64,000 nucleotides of DNA, taken from IMG/VR virus record IMGVR_UViG_3300045988_124546, one strand, 5' to 3'. Positions 10,501 to 19,239 of this stretch are shown piece by piece; the stretch's first letter is position 1; every line of letters begins with the position of its first letter. The DNA is from a virus. The notes beneath the pieces were generated by a model. It had not been told where the DNA came from, made no database searches, and saw only the letters and a program-made list of their open reading frames with translations. A program made the translations under genes and the position numbers.

Positions 10501-13500
10501 ACAGGTAATGCCGATCTTCTTACTGAGAGAGAAAAAGATGTGTATGATAAATACAAACAAGATTTTGATGATTATGTATCGTCTTTGGGTGACAGTCCCG
10601 TTAATCTCATAAAATCATTATCTGAAAAGGCTGATAGGCTTACAAGTCCGAGATCTGTGTATGAGGATAATAAAGCTATTATTGATATGGCTAAATCCAA
10701 TTTGGAACCAGATCAAAGGAAGGAACTTGATGATGCTATTTCTTCGTATGTTGATATAATGAACAGACGGGACAAAGGGGAGAAAGTTGACGAAGATAAG
10801 CTTGCCGATTCGGTATTTACCATAGAAGATCTTGGCCAGGTTGGAAACATCACGGATCTCCTTCCTTATATCGAACAAAACAGGATTATTGATAAAGGTC
10901 GTATTTCCGAATCTACGTTAAGTAATTTTGGGGAGGATGATGCTAATATAGATTCTCTTGTAAATGAATTAGACGAATCTGATAATACGCCGGGAGCCAA
11001 TATAGATAGCGCCCAGAATCCAGAGACGTTGATGGTAAGAAGAATCTCCAATGACGGCAATGAAAGGTATGAAATTGCAGGTCTTAGAGCCGATAAATTT
11101 ATATCTTCTATAAAATCATTGGTTCCTATTCAAATAAGCTCTGAAACGAACGCTAATGGCACTAAAAGGTATTCTCTTAATATAGGTGGAGAAACGGCTA
11201 CTATAATTGAATTGCCTTATCATGCGAGATGGTCTATAGACAAAGAATCGGCTCGTGTTCTTAACCGTTACACAGACGTGTCTATTCAGGACGTGGGTAA
11301 TTCCTATTCTTTGGTTTATAAGCGTCTTGATTCAGATGAGTTGGTTCCGTACAGAACAGGTGTTGGATTCGGAGAGAATGAGGTAGATAAAATAGATCAG
11401 GAAGCATTATCTTCTTTGAAAAAAGGAGATAAGGTTAATCTCGAAATAGATGTAAATGATACCTATAATCAGTCTCTTTTTGCCGAATACAATGATGCTG
11501 TTCAGTCCGGCGATAAAAAAAGAATAGAATCTGCTGAGAATAAACTGGTGTCCAATATGGTTATCAAGGTCATGAGTGGGAACCGATTCGTTTCTGTTGT
11601 AAAAGCTGATACAGGAGGCATAGATGGTATAAGTAAAATAAGAAGAACGGCTTTCAACAAGTGGAAGAAGGATGCCGGCCGGTCGGCTACCATCGGCGTC
11701 GGCACGCATGTTGTTGCCCAGACCCTTCCCGGAAGACCGGTGTTTAACATGAAGGTGAACGGTCAAGGATATGGCCAGGTAGAAAATCTCCCCATTACCG
11801 AAAAAGGTGCTGAAAAAATATCTGATGTAGGATATGTATTAAATGGCAAAGTCGTGCTTAAGAACGGCTCTAAATACACAGGATTCCCATTTGCTTATTC
11901 TATATTAAATGACAAGGGGAATAATTACAAAAATGTAAGAGTTCCGGTAGTTGTTATCAAGGGTAAAAACGGTCTTAATTATCTTTTCCCGGTTAGTCTA
12001 CGTTCTGTGGAATCAGAGGAAGGAAAGAAATGGATTTCTTTTATAGATATGCTGCTTGAATCCGGTGACTCTGAATTGTTACAGATGGGTCAAGATGACA
12101 TACAAGATCTTAATGCGTATCTAACCAAGTTAGGTCTTGATCCAGCTTCGTATCAAGTATCGTATTTGAATCCTATTTCAGGGCTTAGAAAAGCTCGTGA
12201 GGCTATAGAAAAATTATCTACAGTTCCTGATGTTGTTAAGTGGGTAGAAGATGAAAGTAGGAGTGTGAAAGACATTGTGACGTCTGAGGTAGAATCTGGA
12301 ATAGATTTCGAAGGTGAGATGTTTGTTGCTCCTAAGATCAGGATTCAGTTTGGTAAATCATCTTCCAGACCTAAATCACTTATAGAAGATGATCTCCCTT
12401 TCTCCGATGAGGGTAAGACCGTTACTTCCAAGGAAGATGTGGATATTTACGAAGATGAAATGCCAGAGGAAGACCCTGTCCGGGGGACTCGGCCGGCGCC
12501 ACCAGCCCAGCCGGCTCCTGCGGCACAAGCTACGCAGTCCTTACATGGCAAGAAGCGCACCTCCAGAAAAAACTTCTCTCTTATGTTAAACGAAATAGAA
12601 TCTCATATAGAAAAAGAAGGGTTGCCGCCTTATGCTAATATTTTTGATTTTATAGCAAGGAAGATTGTAGGAGGTGATTTGAGATTTCTTCGTGAGAGAG
12701 GTAATCCTAAAAGTCTTAAGGAGGAAATGGGATTAGAACCTAAAGGAACAGTAGGTGATAAAATATCCACTCCTTCTAAAAAGGGAGGTAAGACCTTAGA
12801 AGAATATGTTTCTTGGCTTTGTTCTCAAACGGATCAGGTGGTGGTTGATTATGTTGGTCCAAGATCTGACGAACAAATTATATCAGAGTTGAAAAACTTT
12901 TTGAAATATATTAATTTTGTTCCAAGCAAGGCTTTGAATTATTCTCTTAGAGTCAATGGCATGGATGCCCTAAAAGAATATGGCACAAAAGAGGAAGTAG
13001 AAAAAATGGAATCTGACATCAATAGTTTGGTTTCTGAAGTTTTGCCTACGGTAGATAATCAAACTGTAGAAGATGTTTCTACTGCAATAGAATTAAATAA
13101 CTTGCCTGCCATATGGAGACCTATGGAAAGCCTTGATATGACAAACGAGGAAAAAATAGAGTTTTTGAATAACGTAGCAGATTTCCTTAGCGGCATTCCA
13201 GAGTATGATGCTGTTGTGGAGTCTATAGAGTCAGAATCAGATAATATTTTAAATGATGGAAAAGAAGGAAGTGCAGAAGGCGGTGCAGTACGCGCTGAGG
13301 AAGATGGCGATAAAAAGGGAGATGGAAAAAGAGAAGGACAACCCAGAGATGATGGCAAAGCTGAGGGAGATGTCTATTTACCTGGATCTGAAGAAGGAAG
13401 AGTAGATAACTATAAGAAGAACGGAGATAAGTTCTCTGATATTGCCGAAGTTACTTTATGGTTACTTAGAAGGGCTGCCGGCATAACCTCTATCCCGGAA

Positions 13501-14181
13501 GGAGAAGAGGTTTATGTAGAGGGGGATGAAGTTAATAGCATTATGACCGATATGGAATCAAGGTACGGGATAGACACCATCAACCACTCGCATACGACTA
13601 AGGCTATAAGGGCTCTTAACGGCGTATCAGGTTATAAAGTAGAATACGGCTTAACCTTTTTAACATACGATCCTTTTATTAGAATATCCAATCCAAGGAA
13701 AGAATCTAAGGCCGAGAAAGACGAACCTCATATATCCGAAGAACCGCTTACTCACATATCAAGGGTAACAACCCCTTATTTCCTGTACGGCGGTGATGAA
13801 GCATATACATCTGTTCCGGCTAAGGTAGAACCTATACCGGAGAAGATAATGGGTCGTAATGGCATTAAATTTGGTATGAGTGTAGTCGAGTTAACCAAAT
13901 TAGGGTACAAAAAAGCTGGTGGAAACTGGATATATAAATTCTATATGAACTCAGGTGTGTATGATTTGTATAATATCAGTACCGGTGAAGCGTTTAGGGT
14001 AAAACCGGATCTTGGAGTTAAGATAAGTTCCAGTGCATTCATCCGCTCTTTATCTCAATCTGGTAGAAAAATACAAAATATGATGAGTAATATGAGCCAG
14101 GAAGAGATAGATAGAAATAAGAATCTCGTAGAAGGTTCTGATAATTCGGATTCGATAAATGAGTTAAATAAAGAGTGTTGA
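7540..14181 (+). CDS. Giant protein (2213 aa) typical of the Crassvirales virion cargo / tail-associated module; contains a Pro/Ala-rich linker and an acidic Gly/Glu/Lys-rich low-complexity segment
   Basis: 6.6-kb uninterrupted ORF. GC-rich island around 12470-12545 encodes RPAPPAQPAPAAQATQ. Low complexity EGSAEGGAVRAEEDGDKKGDGKREGQPRDDGKAEGD near 13270-13380. Confidence 0.85.
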   Translation: MADNNIDRYNPAAKTTYEDVARQRKLAEEENYTPATLPETTTPLVPNYMPGEGVYAQPKFPDYASRIAAAEYEEPYIAKEISNSYSEALARNSYRGATPAPPPLNPYGPKVSIRESHQMGNDGVWRTKYPNYIPGINNEDYYARRQSGWSKFWNGVGKFALKSALYGAQGVVSLPDKLINMASEGSYKAALNTNMDKFVGDLDQQIDMLLPHYYKKEVEDYNFGQKLFKDTGNFLWNDVLGNGMSFTVGAMISAYMTGGLGVGSLGNIGAKLGGRIGAKLAARQAANRGIGSLKSVFNDYVRKGVATGRNVGEAAKTMTLLATSAGFESSVEANSFMKQSESDFKDYYRKIYGRDPNAEEMAVFRNFNADVGSAIFAANMGIVGLSNWLLFGKYIGLGGKAIPGLEKKLNKHLFGLGTEVAKPGEMAIKITNPNIGQKIAGNVFNIMKRPVSEGLWEEGSQGAVQNTAEEYVKSRYDNVAMNGAVDVLDAISEGFKKQYTSKEGWTEIGIGAIIGSLFGMREGFFGVKEYSNSQILLERQVNEYNKASSNLNTAALNTLKKSMSLGPQVRSDAQSMTGKELDDAMFEKMSIDNQMGTLEDSAENFRQMIDMMPISEIAEANGMSLEEAKKYKDSIIDNYNNRLSDFRSAQSFAEDLIGDDSKIEFRKYVARNAFLGLQSESRMKDIASVIETLSGQPRVADALSTFSRLSDRARERAMAIRGIRSRIEELESEIEDLATRPRNVEGKDPQAESIQRKTKELESLRTNYNNSLSELSTLIGKEFSIEELVSKTESVLSSPLSPISSQDVIEAYDTLVAFDDYFNVKSRQEKKFTAKDKAMRSLVNEYRRSLMDYRNMNNFLSKMLDKRFLAEENRGFSKALSSLWSTPYKGDDKVPDFAESNKVGEYDTDEVVDQAVSEGKISEDEAWTIKAFMHALDKVREDRMKEAEDDIKESPLTESVSDEDYEAAMDNPIMVPAVRQSIIDKLYTGNADLLTEREKDVYDKYKQDFDDYVSSLGDSPVNLIKSLSEKADRLTSPRSVYEDNKAIIDMAKSNLEPDQRKELDDAISSYVDIMNRRDKGEKVDEDKLADSVFTIEDLGQVGNITDLLPYIEQNRIIDKGRISESTLSNFGEDDANIDSLVNELDESDNTPGANIDSAQNPETLMVRRISNDGNERYEIAGLRADKFISSIKSLVPIQISSETNANGTKRYSLNIGGETATIIELPYHARWSIDKESARVLNRYTDVSIQDVGNSYSLVYKRLDSDELVPYRTGVGFGENEVDKIDQEALSSLKKGDKVNLEIDVNDTYNQSLFAEYNDAVQSGDKKRIESAENKLVSNMVIKVMSGNRFVSVVKADTGGIDGISKIRRTAFNKWKKDAGRSATIGVGTHVVAQTLPGRPVFNMKVNGQGYGQVENLPITEKGAEKISDVGYVLNGKVVLKNGSKYTGFPFAYSILNDKGNNYKNVRVPVVVIKGKNGLNYLFPVSLRSVESEEGKKWISFIDMLLESGDSELLQMGQDDIQDLNAYLTKLGLDPASYQVSYLNPISGLRKAREAIEKLSTVPDVVKWVEDESRSVKDIVTSEVESGIDFEGEMFVAPKIRIQFGKSSSRPKSLIEDDLPFSDEGKTVTSKEDVDIYEDEMPEEDPVRGTRPAPPAQPAPAAQATQSLHGKKRTSRKNFSLMLNEIESHIEKEGLPPYANIFDFIARKIVGGDLRFLRERGNPKSLKEEMGLEPKGTVGDKISTPSKKGGKTLEEYVSWLCSQTDQVVVDYVGPRSDEQIISELKNFLKYINFVPSKALNYSLRVNGMDALKEYGTKEEVEKMESDINSLVSEVLPTVDNQTVEDVSTAIELNNLPAIWRPMESLDMTNEEKIEFLNNVADFLSGIPEYDAVVESIESESDNILNDGKEGSAEGGAVRAEEDGDKKGDGKREGQPRDDGKAEGDVYLPGSEEGRVDNYKKNGDKFSDIAEVTLWLLRRAAGITSIPEGEEVYVEGDEVNSIMTDMESRYGIDTINHSHTTKAIRALNGVSGYKVEYGLTFLTYDPFIRISNPRKESKAEKDEPHISEEPLTHISRVTTPYFLYGGDEAYTSVPAKVEPIPEKIMGRNGIKFGMSVVELTKLGYKKAGGNWIYKFYMNSGVYDLYNISTGEAFRVKPDLGVKISSSAFIRSLSQSGRKIQNMMSNMSQEEIDRNKNLVEGSDNSDSINELNKEC

Positions 14182-14714
14182 GTATGAGAAGGAGATTTTT
14201 TAATGCTGCGGATAATTTTGTGGGAGGATGTTATAATAAGTTATCTAATGAAGAGATAAAAAGGCTTGGAGGAAAAAGACCTTATGTATGTCAGTTTAAT
14301 AAAATTCATATACATATAGGACCTGTATTAAAAGATCATGATTCCGATGTCAGTGATATAGTGTTTAATAGTGACTGGAATTATGGTAATTATGAATCTA
14401 CGGTTTATCATCATAGCAATAATGGTATTTTTATATTAGGTGGAAATAAAATTGGTAATATAGAAGACCATATACAAGATCTAACATATTGGTACGAATA
14501 TGATCCAAGCATTAATGAAAATTATTGTTATTATTATTATGAAGCTGATAATAGTGGAAATGCTATTAAGTTGAATGGTGAGTTTAGTGATGTTAGCACT
14601 GTTTTTAACATTCCCAGTTTGAAAGTTACCACTCTTCGTGATGGCAGTTTGAGTTTCCCAGAGATTTATATAGAAGGAATTTGGGATCCGTCATTGTATA
14701 AGTCGGTTTTATAA
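14175..14714 (+). CDS. Hypothetical protein; probable true start ATG 14184 giving N-terminus MRRRFF (member of an MRRRF-N-terminus trio)
   Basis: ORF immediately follows the giant gene stop (TGAGTATG). N-terminus shared with genes at 31739 and 32361. Confidence 0.65.
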   Translation: MLSMRRRFFNAADNFVGGCYNKLSNEEIKRLGGKRPYVCQFNKIHIHIGPVLKDHDSDVSDIVFNSDWNYGNYESTVYHHSNNGIFILGGNKIGNIEDHIQDLTYWYEYDPSINENYCYYYYEADNSGNAIKLNGEFSDVSTVFNIPSLKVTTLRDGSLSFPEIYIEGIWDPSLYKSVL

Positions 14715-14738
14715 TTAACTTTGCAAAAAAGTTAATTA
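14712..14738 (+). promoter_or_regulatory. AT-rich 8-bp inverted repeat (taattaac / gttaatta) enclosing a -7 box TAACTTTG (14716-14723), 18 nt upstream of ATG 14741
   Basis: Read directly. Hairpin and promoter motif overlap, suggesting an operator or attenuator-like site. Confidence 0.35.
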
Positions 14739-14740
14739 CA

Positions 14741-16999
14741 ATGGGTGTCAAATGTCAGATAGAAAAAAAGGAAAATGAAATAAAACGGGTTAAGGCTCCT
14801 AACGGGGAGCCTTCCGTTCTTTACGAAAGTGCTTTAAAAGTATTAGGAAACAGCGAGCGGGCTCTTCAGGTATGGGCTAAGGCTTACACTCCTGGTTTTT
14901 TGTCGTATTACGGTCATTGGAATAACCCGGCTCCAGGGGAGATGTTTAATACCGATCCCAATGGTGAACCTCTTTTAGAAGACGTGCTGTCGTATATGAA
15001 GCGTCAGACTTATTTTGCTGATCCTTTAACGGCTCAGGACATTAAGGATGTAAGGGATTTCCTTTTGTCTACTCATTATTTTTTCAATGCGTCTTCATTA
15101 TCTAATGCTATTCTCTTCGATTTTTATGTAGATGGCAGTTTGATACTGAATGAGCAGAAATTAAGGAGATCTGGTTTGTATGATGAAACAGAAATAAGTC
15201 GTATTTTATCCGATCCTTCTGTTTTAAACGAGGTTTCGACTTCCATGAGAAAGTTAATAGATTCTTCTATTAACGAACATGATAGGGAAAAAGATAATTA
15301 TTTTATGTCTATTGACTATCAGTATGGTCCTATTGTTTACAAGGAGGGAGTGTTTAACCAATTTGGTAAAAAGGTACCATATAATCCTTCTGAGCTTTAT
15401 TATGCTATGCGTAAAACAGTAGCCGGCATAAAAAACTTTTCTGAATTTTCATCTGCTTTTGAATCGTTGAGAAATTCATATCCTGAACTGGTTGAGAAAT
15501 TCGTTTCTGATAAAGAATTTGCCGAATCTATGTTTGATGAGTTCTCATCTACGAATAAGATTCCGGTAATAAACATAGAAGGGGATGATGTGGTAGAAGG
15601 CAAGAGAAGATCCTTGTCTAAGTTACAAGATCTGTCTTATTACAATCCTGGCAAAATAGAGTTCCTAAGAGCTCGTATATCAGCTTATTTACATAGGGCT
15701 AATGCCGACACCGAATCCGATTTAAGAAGCATGATATGGGATATAGAAGAGGCTTGTACGTGGTTTGGCATAGATATAATAGGGACATCGGAAACTTATG
15801 ATGGCACAGAAGAATCTTTGAATAAGATAGATAATTTGATGCTGGATCTTGATATTTATGTGGCCAGGCATAATGATGTAAATTATGCTCCAACGCTGGC
15901 ATCTTCTATAGATGATGTTCTTGGTGATAGCACAGATTATTATTCTGAATTATTGCCGGAGTATATGGATAATTTGAATATCGTTTATTCTGAATCCAAT
16001 ATAGACCCAGTAGAAGCGTTTGAGAAACATTCATTGCTTAAGGTAGGAGATAATCTATATCAAAGGATCAGCAAAGATGATATTAACGAGATGTATCAAA
16101 TATCAACAGTGTTAGCCAAGCACAACCTAACTCATTTTTCTACTAAAATATATCCTGAATCTTGTTTTAAGAACGGCGTTTTGGATAAAGAGAAAGTACG
16201 GAACGTAGATAATAATACGCTCATGGCTTCCATTAAAAAATACGTCAGATCGTTCATGGATTCTCAGAACACGGAGGACATGATAATGACCAGGATGGCG
16301 TTTGGACACCCGGCGGTACTTGACGTTCCTTACGTGGATGTGGATCGGGAGTATAGTCGATACATGAACAAAAAACAAGATAGCGAAAACCCATTATCCT
16401 TATTCGATTTATACCAATCTTACCTTGACAACAAACTCCATAAAACAAAATTATATGATAATGCCTATAAGTATCTTGACTTCAAACCTGGTCCATCTTT
16501 GGGCCTTATTTCTGATGATCCTGATATTTTGAAATCAATAGAATTATCTTTATCTGGAAAAGACAGGTTGATGTTGTTTGATTATAGCATGACCAGTACC
16601 GACCCTTCTTTATCAGAATTGTTTTATTTGGAGAAGTATGACCCTTTGTATGCCGGGAATGATTTTGAACACTATTTTTACACCAGGCACCCGTATTTGT
16701 TAAAAGAAAAATCGGGCCCTAATATCGTAGAGCAAGATGGTGTTATAACAGCCGAAGGTATTTATGATAATTTTATAAGAGTAGGTAATAAGATATGGTC
16801 TAAAGTAAGCGAGAGTAGTTCCGGCTCTATCTACCAAAATCTGACAGGAACCGAATCAGAGGTAAAATACGATTCTACTCAGAAGGCTAAGACGGTAGAA
16901 ACCGATTACGCTCCATACCAAAACAGATCTGGCTTGACGCAAGACATGACCGTAAGCAAGCCTGAATTGGATGATCTTAATAAATTGGAATGTAGGTAA
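14741..16999 (+). CDS. Large hypothetical protein (752 aa)
   Basis: Long ORF in virion/cargo block. No recognisable catalytic motif. Confidence 0.8.
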   Translation: MGVKCQIEKKENEIKRVKAPNGEPSVLYESALKVLGNSERALQVWAKAYTPGFLSYYGHWNNPAPGEMFNTDPNGEPLLEDVLSYMKRQTYFADPLTAQDIKDVRDFLLSTHYFFNASSLSNAILFDFYVDGSLILNEQKLRRSGLYDETEISRILSDPSVLNEVSTSMRKLIDSSINEHDREKDNYFMSIDYQYGPIVYKEGVFNQFGKKVPYNPSELYYAMRKTVAGIKNFSEFSSAFESLRNSYPELVEKFVSDKEFAESMFDEFSSTNKIPVINIEGDDVVEGKRRSLSKLQDLSYYNPGKIEFLRARISAYLHRANADTESDLRSMIWDIEEACTWFGIDIIGTSETYDGTEESLNKIDNLMLDLDIYVARHNDVNYAPTLASSIDDVLGDSTDYYSELLPEYMDNLNIVYSESNIDPVEAFEKHSLLKVGDNLYQRISKDDINEMYQISTVLAKHNLTHFSTKIYPESCFKNGVLDKEKVRNVDNNTLMASIKKYVRSFMDSQNTEDMIMTRMAFGHPAVLDVPYVDVDREYSRYMNKKQDSENPLSLFDLYQSYLDNKLHKTKLYDNAYKYLDFKPGPSLGLISDDPDILKSIELSLSGKDRLMLFDYSMTSTDPSLSELFYLEKYDPLYAGNDFEHYFYTRHPYLLKEKSGPNIVEQDGVITAEGIYDNFIRVGNKIWSKVSESSSGSIYQNLTGTESEVKYDSTQKAKTVETDYAPYQNRSGLTQDMTVSKPELDDLNKLECR

Positions 17000-17043
17000 T
17001 TTTTGTGTACATATATATAGTTTTTTCATAGTTATAATTTGGG

Positions 17044-17071
17044 AAGTGAGGCTTGTGAAAGTCTCACTTTT
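17044..17071 (+). terminator. Hairpin aagtgag / ctcactt (7 bp, 12-nt loop) followed by TTTT; terminator for the giant-gene operon
   Basis: Inverted repeat 17044-17050 / 17063-17069 with T-run, 45 nt after the stop at 16999. Confidence 0.4.
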
Positions 17072-17151
17072 CTCATATATGCACGTATATCAATAACATA
17101 CAAGAAAAGTTAGATTTTCATTGTTTATGAATTATTTTTATTAAGTTTGCA

Positions 17152-17159
17152 ATATTAGT
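17152..17159 (+). promoter_or_regulatory. -7 promoter box TAAGTTTG upstream of small HTH gene (ATG 17223)
   Basis: Match to TAnnTTTG. Would give a ~57-nt leader. Confidence 0.3.
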
Positions 17160-17222
17160 TTCAGGAAGGGATTATAGAAATAGGAAAAAGTAAGAACCGG
17201 ACGTAACTAATAACAGTAGAAA

Positions 17223-17420
17223 ATGAGAATCAGTACCATCAAACGTAACAACAGCATTCATCTTATGTATAAAAACATTATGAATGATTTAGGTCAATTA
17301 AGAACTGTAGTTTCAAAATCCTATATTTATAATCTGATACAAAATCAAACCGGATTAAGTATCAGAACTATATCCCATGTCTTGAATCACACAAAAGAAC
17401 AGGATACAGATTCTTTGTGA
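17223..17420 (+). CDS. Small (65 aa) putative HTH DNA-binding regulator
   Basis: Segment GLSIRTISHVLNHTKE resembles the LacI-type/HTH recognition-helix pattern (sIrTvSrvLn). Sits alone in a 690-nt otherwise non-coding region next to operator-like dyads. Confidence 0.4.
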   Translation: MRISTIKRNNSIHLMYKNIMNDLGQLRTVVSKSYIYNLIQNQTGLSIRTISHVLNHTKEQDTDSL

Positions 17421-17495
17421 AAACCATACATTTTCATACATTTGTGTGTTCTTTAGTTTTTAGATTTAAGTTTTTCATGGTATTAGTTTAGAGAT

Positions 17496-17521
17496 CAGGG
17501 CTCGCAGTGATGCGGGCCCTG
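17496..17521 (+). promoter_or_regulatory. GC-rich 11-bp stem hairpin with GNRA-type tetraloop (cagggctcgca GTGA tgcgggccctg); RNA structural element or terminator
   Basis: Read directly. Strikingly GC-rich within an AT-rich region. Weak T-tract follows (gtttgattt). Confidence 0.4.
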
Positions 17522-17537
17522 GTTTGATTTACAGCGC

Positions 17538-17600
17538 TTTACCCAAAATGGGAAAAGCGTAAGTTATTGATTGTCAAGTTTTCCCCTTAAATGGGGAAAA
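17538..17600 (+). promoter_or_regulatory. Two dyad-symmetric operator-like sites: TTTACCCAAAATGGGAAAAG (17538-17557) and TTTTCCCCTTAAATGGGGAAAA (17579-17600)
   Basis: Both have CCC(C)-N6-GGG(G) arms flanked by T/A runs, 21 nt apart, upstream of gene 17688/17745. Confidence 0.4.
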
Positions 17601-17687
17601 TTACTCATTGTGTATTATTTTTCTATCTTTTCTGAAAATACTTCTCTTCTATAGGAAATAAACACACCAATATTCCACCCTGTAATC

Positions 17688-18752
17688 ATGATCTTTGTTA
17701 CGTGCTTCATGCACGTATGTTTAACAATTAAATACTATAAAATTATGGGTGGTGATAAAATCGTCCTTTTAGATGGAGCCGGGGCTAACGGTGGTGGTGC
17801 AGCCACTAACGGTCTTCTTTCAATGATTCCCGGCATGTTTGCTAATTTGATAGGTGGTAATAAAATGGATCCGAATCTGGTGGCGGCTTTGATGAACGGT
17901 CGTAACAACCAGGACGGTTTCGGTGGGGCTAACGGTTGGTGGCTCTGGATAATTGTTTTGTTCTGGCTGTGGGGTGGACGCGGCTTCGGTAACGGTTTTG
18001 GAAATGGCGGTGATTGTTGTGCCAATGGTTTGCCGGCTCAGTTGAATAACGATTACGGTCGTGAACTTTTGATGCAGGCAATTCAAGGTAATCGTAGCGC
18101 CATAGATCAGATTGCTTCTGCTTTGAACTGTTCTACTACTCAACTTCAAAACGCTATCTGCAACGTACAGGGTGCCATTGATAAAGTAGCTGGTCAGGTA
18201 GGTATGACTTCTCAGGCTGTTATCAACGCAGTTCAACAACAAGGTTGTGAAATAGGAAATCAAATCAGCTCTTGCTGCTGCAATCTGAGTTCGTTGATCA
18301 ATCAAAGCACTTGCCAGACTCAGGGAATGATTACTCAGCAAGGTTTTGATAACCAGCTTCGCACGTTGGAACAAACCAATATCTTGCAGAACGGTCTCAA
18401 CCAAGGTCTGGCTAACAATCGTGAGCAAGCTACAAGCCAATTCAATATCTTGTCTGCGAAACTTGACGCCCAAACCGTTATGATCAACGACAAATTCTGT
18501 CAGTTGGAAATGAGGGAGATGCAGAACACTATTGCTCAACTTCGTGAAGAAAAAGCGGCTTTGACAGCTTCGGCATTATCTCAGCAACAAACCCAGAATA
18601 TCGTTGGTCAATTACGCCCGACGGCCGTCCCGGCCTACCCCTCTTGTTCTCCTTACCAGGCTTATACTTGGGGACAGGTATTCGGAGGAGGTTGCTGCAA
18701 TAACGGATGTGGATGTAACAACGGATGTTGCAATAACAACGCTGCTGTCTGA
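17688..18752 (+). CDS. Gly/Gln/Asn/Cys-rich protein with one hydrophobic TM-like segment (WWLWIIVLFWLWGG) and Cys-rich C-terminus (GGGCCNNGCGCNNGCCNNN); probable true start ATG 17745 (MGGDK)
   Basis: Compositionally unusual ORF. The N-terminal 19 codons of the track ORF overlap the upstream palindrome. Antisense ORF 17820..18539 is considered spurious. Confidence 0.6.
   Translation: MIFVTCFMHVCLTIKYYKIMGGDKIVLLDGAGANGGGAATNGLLSMIPGMFANLIGGNKMDPNLVAALMNGRNNQDGFGGANGWWLWIIVLFWLWGGRGFGNGFGNGGDCCANGLPAQLNNDYGRELLMQAIQGNRSAIDQIASALNCSTTQLQNAICNVQGAIDKVAGQVGMTSQAVINAVQQQGCEIGNQISSCCCNLSSLINQSTCQTQGMITQQGFDNQLRTLEQTNILQNGLNQGLANNREQATSQFNILSAKLDAQTVMINDKFCQLEMREMQNTIAQLREEKAALTASALSQQQTQNIVGQLRPTAVPAYPSCSPYQAYTWGQVFGGGCCNNGCGCNNGCCNNNAAV
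17699..17717 (+). promoter_or_regulatory. Perfect 7-bp inverted repeat TACGTGC-ttcat-GCACGTA, 28 nt upstream of ATG 17745
   Basis: Read directly. Possible operator or 5'-UTR hairpin. Confidence 0.3.
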
Positions 18753-18775
18753 TTTTATTAAGAGAGGAGGCTAAT

Positions 18776-19189
18776 ATGGCTTGTGTTTCTAAAATAGGAT
18801 CGTTGTATGAGATGGTTACGAAGAATGTTATTGTCAGTACGACAAATACAGTCTTCGGTATTAACCCACGGGCTTGGATCGCCCTTCCGTGTGAGGGTCT
18901 TATCCTTCTTAAGATAAGGCAAGTAGTCCCCACAGCCGGAAGTGCTCTACCGGTACAGATTGCGGTCCCGGCAAACAGCACAGTTTCAACAGTAGGATCC
19001 GACACCTGTTGCCCGGTTACGGGAGTGAATGTCGTGAACCCTATTAACGTAGCTGTCACGGGTGCTGCTATGGTAAATGGCACAGAACGCCTTCTGTACT
19101 TCAATAAAGTTCGTGGCGTGTTAAGATTAATGGATTGCTGTGTTCCAGTAGCGGCAGCCCAGGCGTCTGAAGTTAAAGCAGGTAAATGA
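18776..19189 (+). CDS. Hypothetical protein (137 aa) with strong Shine-Dalgarno (AGAGGAGG) 7 nt upstream
   Basis: ORF co-directional with neighbours. Preferred over overlapping antisense ORF 18529..19104. Confidence 0.55.
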   Translation: MACVSKIGSLYEMVTKNVIVSTTNTVFGINPRAWIALPCEGLILLKIRQVVPTAGSALPVQIAVPANSTVSTVGSDTCCPVTGVNVVNPINVAVTGAAMVNGTERLLYFNKVRGVLRLMDCCVPVAAAQASEVKAGK

Positions 19190-19239
19190 TTTCAGTAGGG
19201 TGATGAAGATCATCACCCTATTTTCACCTAACTAATATT

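Noticed and set aside
6116-13358. Numerous 60-120 aa minus-strand ORFs inside the giant plus-strand genes (e.g. 6116..6466, 7221..7586, 8592..8879, 9570..9839, 11407..11766, 13059..13358)
   Set aside because: Fully embedded antisense to long, clearly coding ORFs with no gaps or signals. Typical shadow ORFs.
17820-18539. 239-aa ORF on the minus strand
   Set aside because: Entirely antisense to the compositionally biased Gly/Gln/Asn/Cys-rich plus-strand gene (17688..18752), in a unidirectional plus-strand block. Most likely a mirror artefact of low-complexity coding sequence.
18529-19104. 191-aa minus-strand ORF
   Set aside because: Overlaps plus-strand ORF 18776..19189, which has a strong Shine-Dalgarno and matches the orientation of all neighbouring genes. 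The minus ORF would be the only reverse gene in the block.
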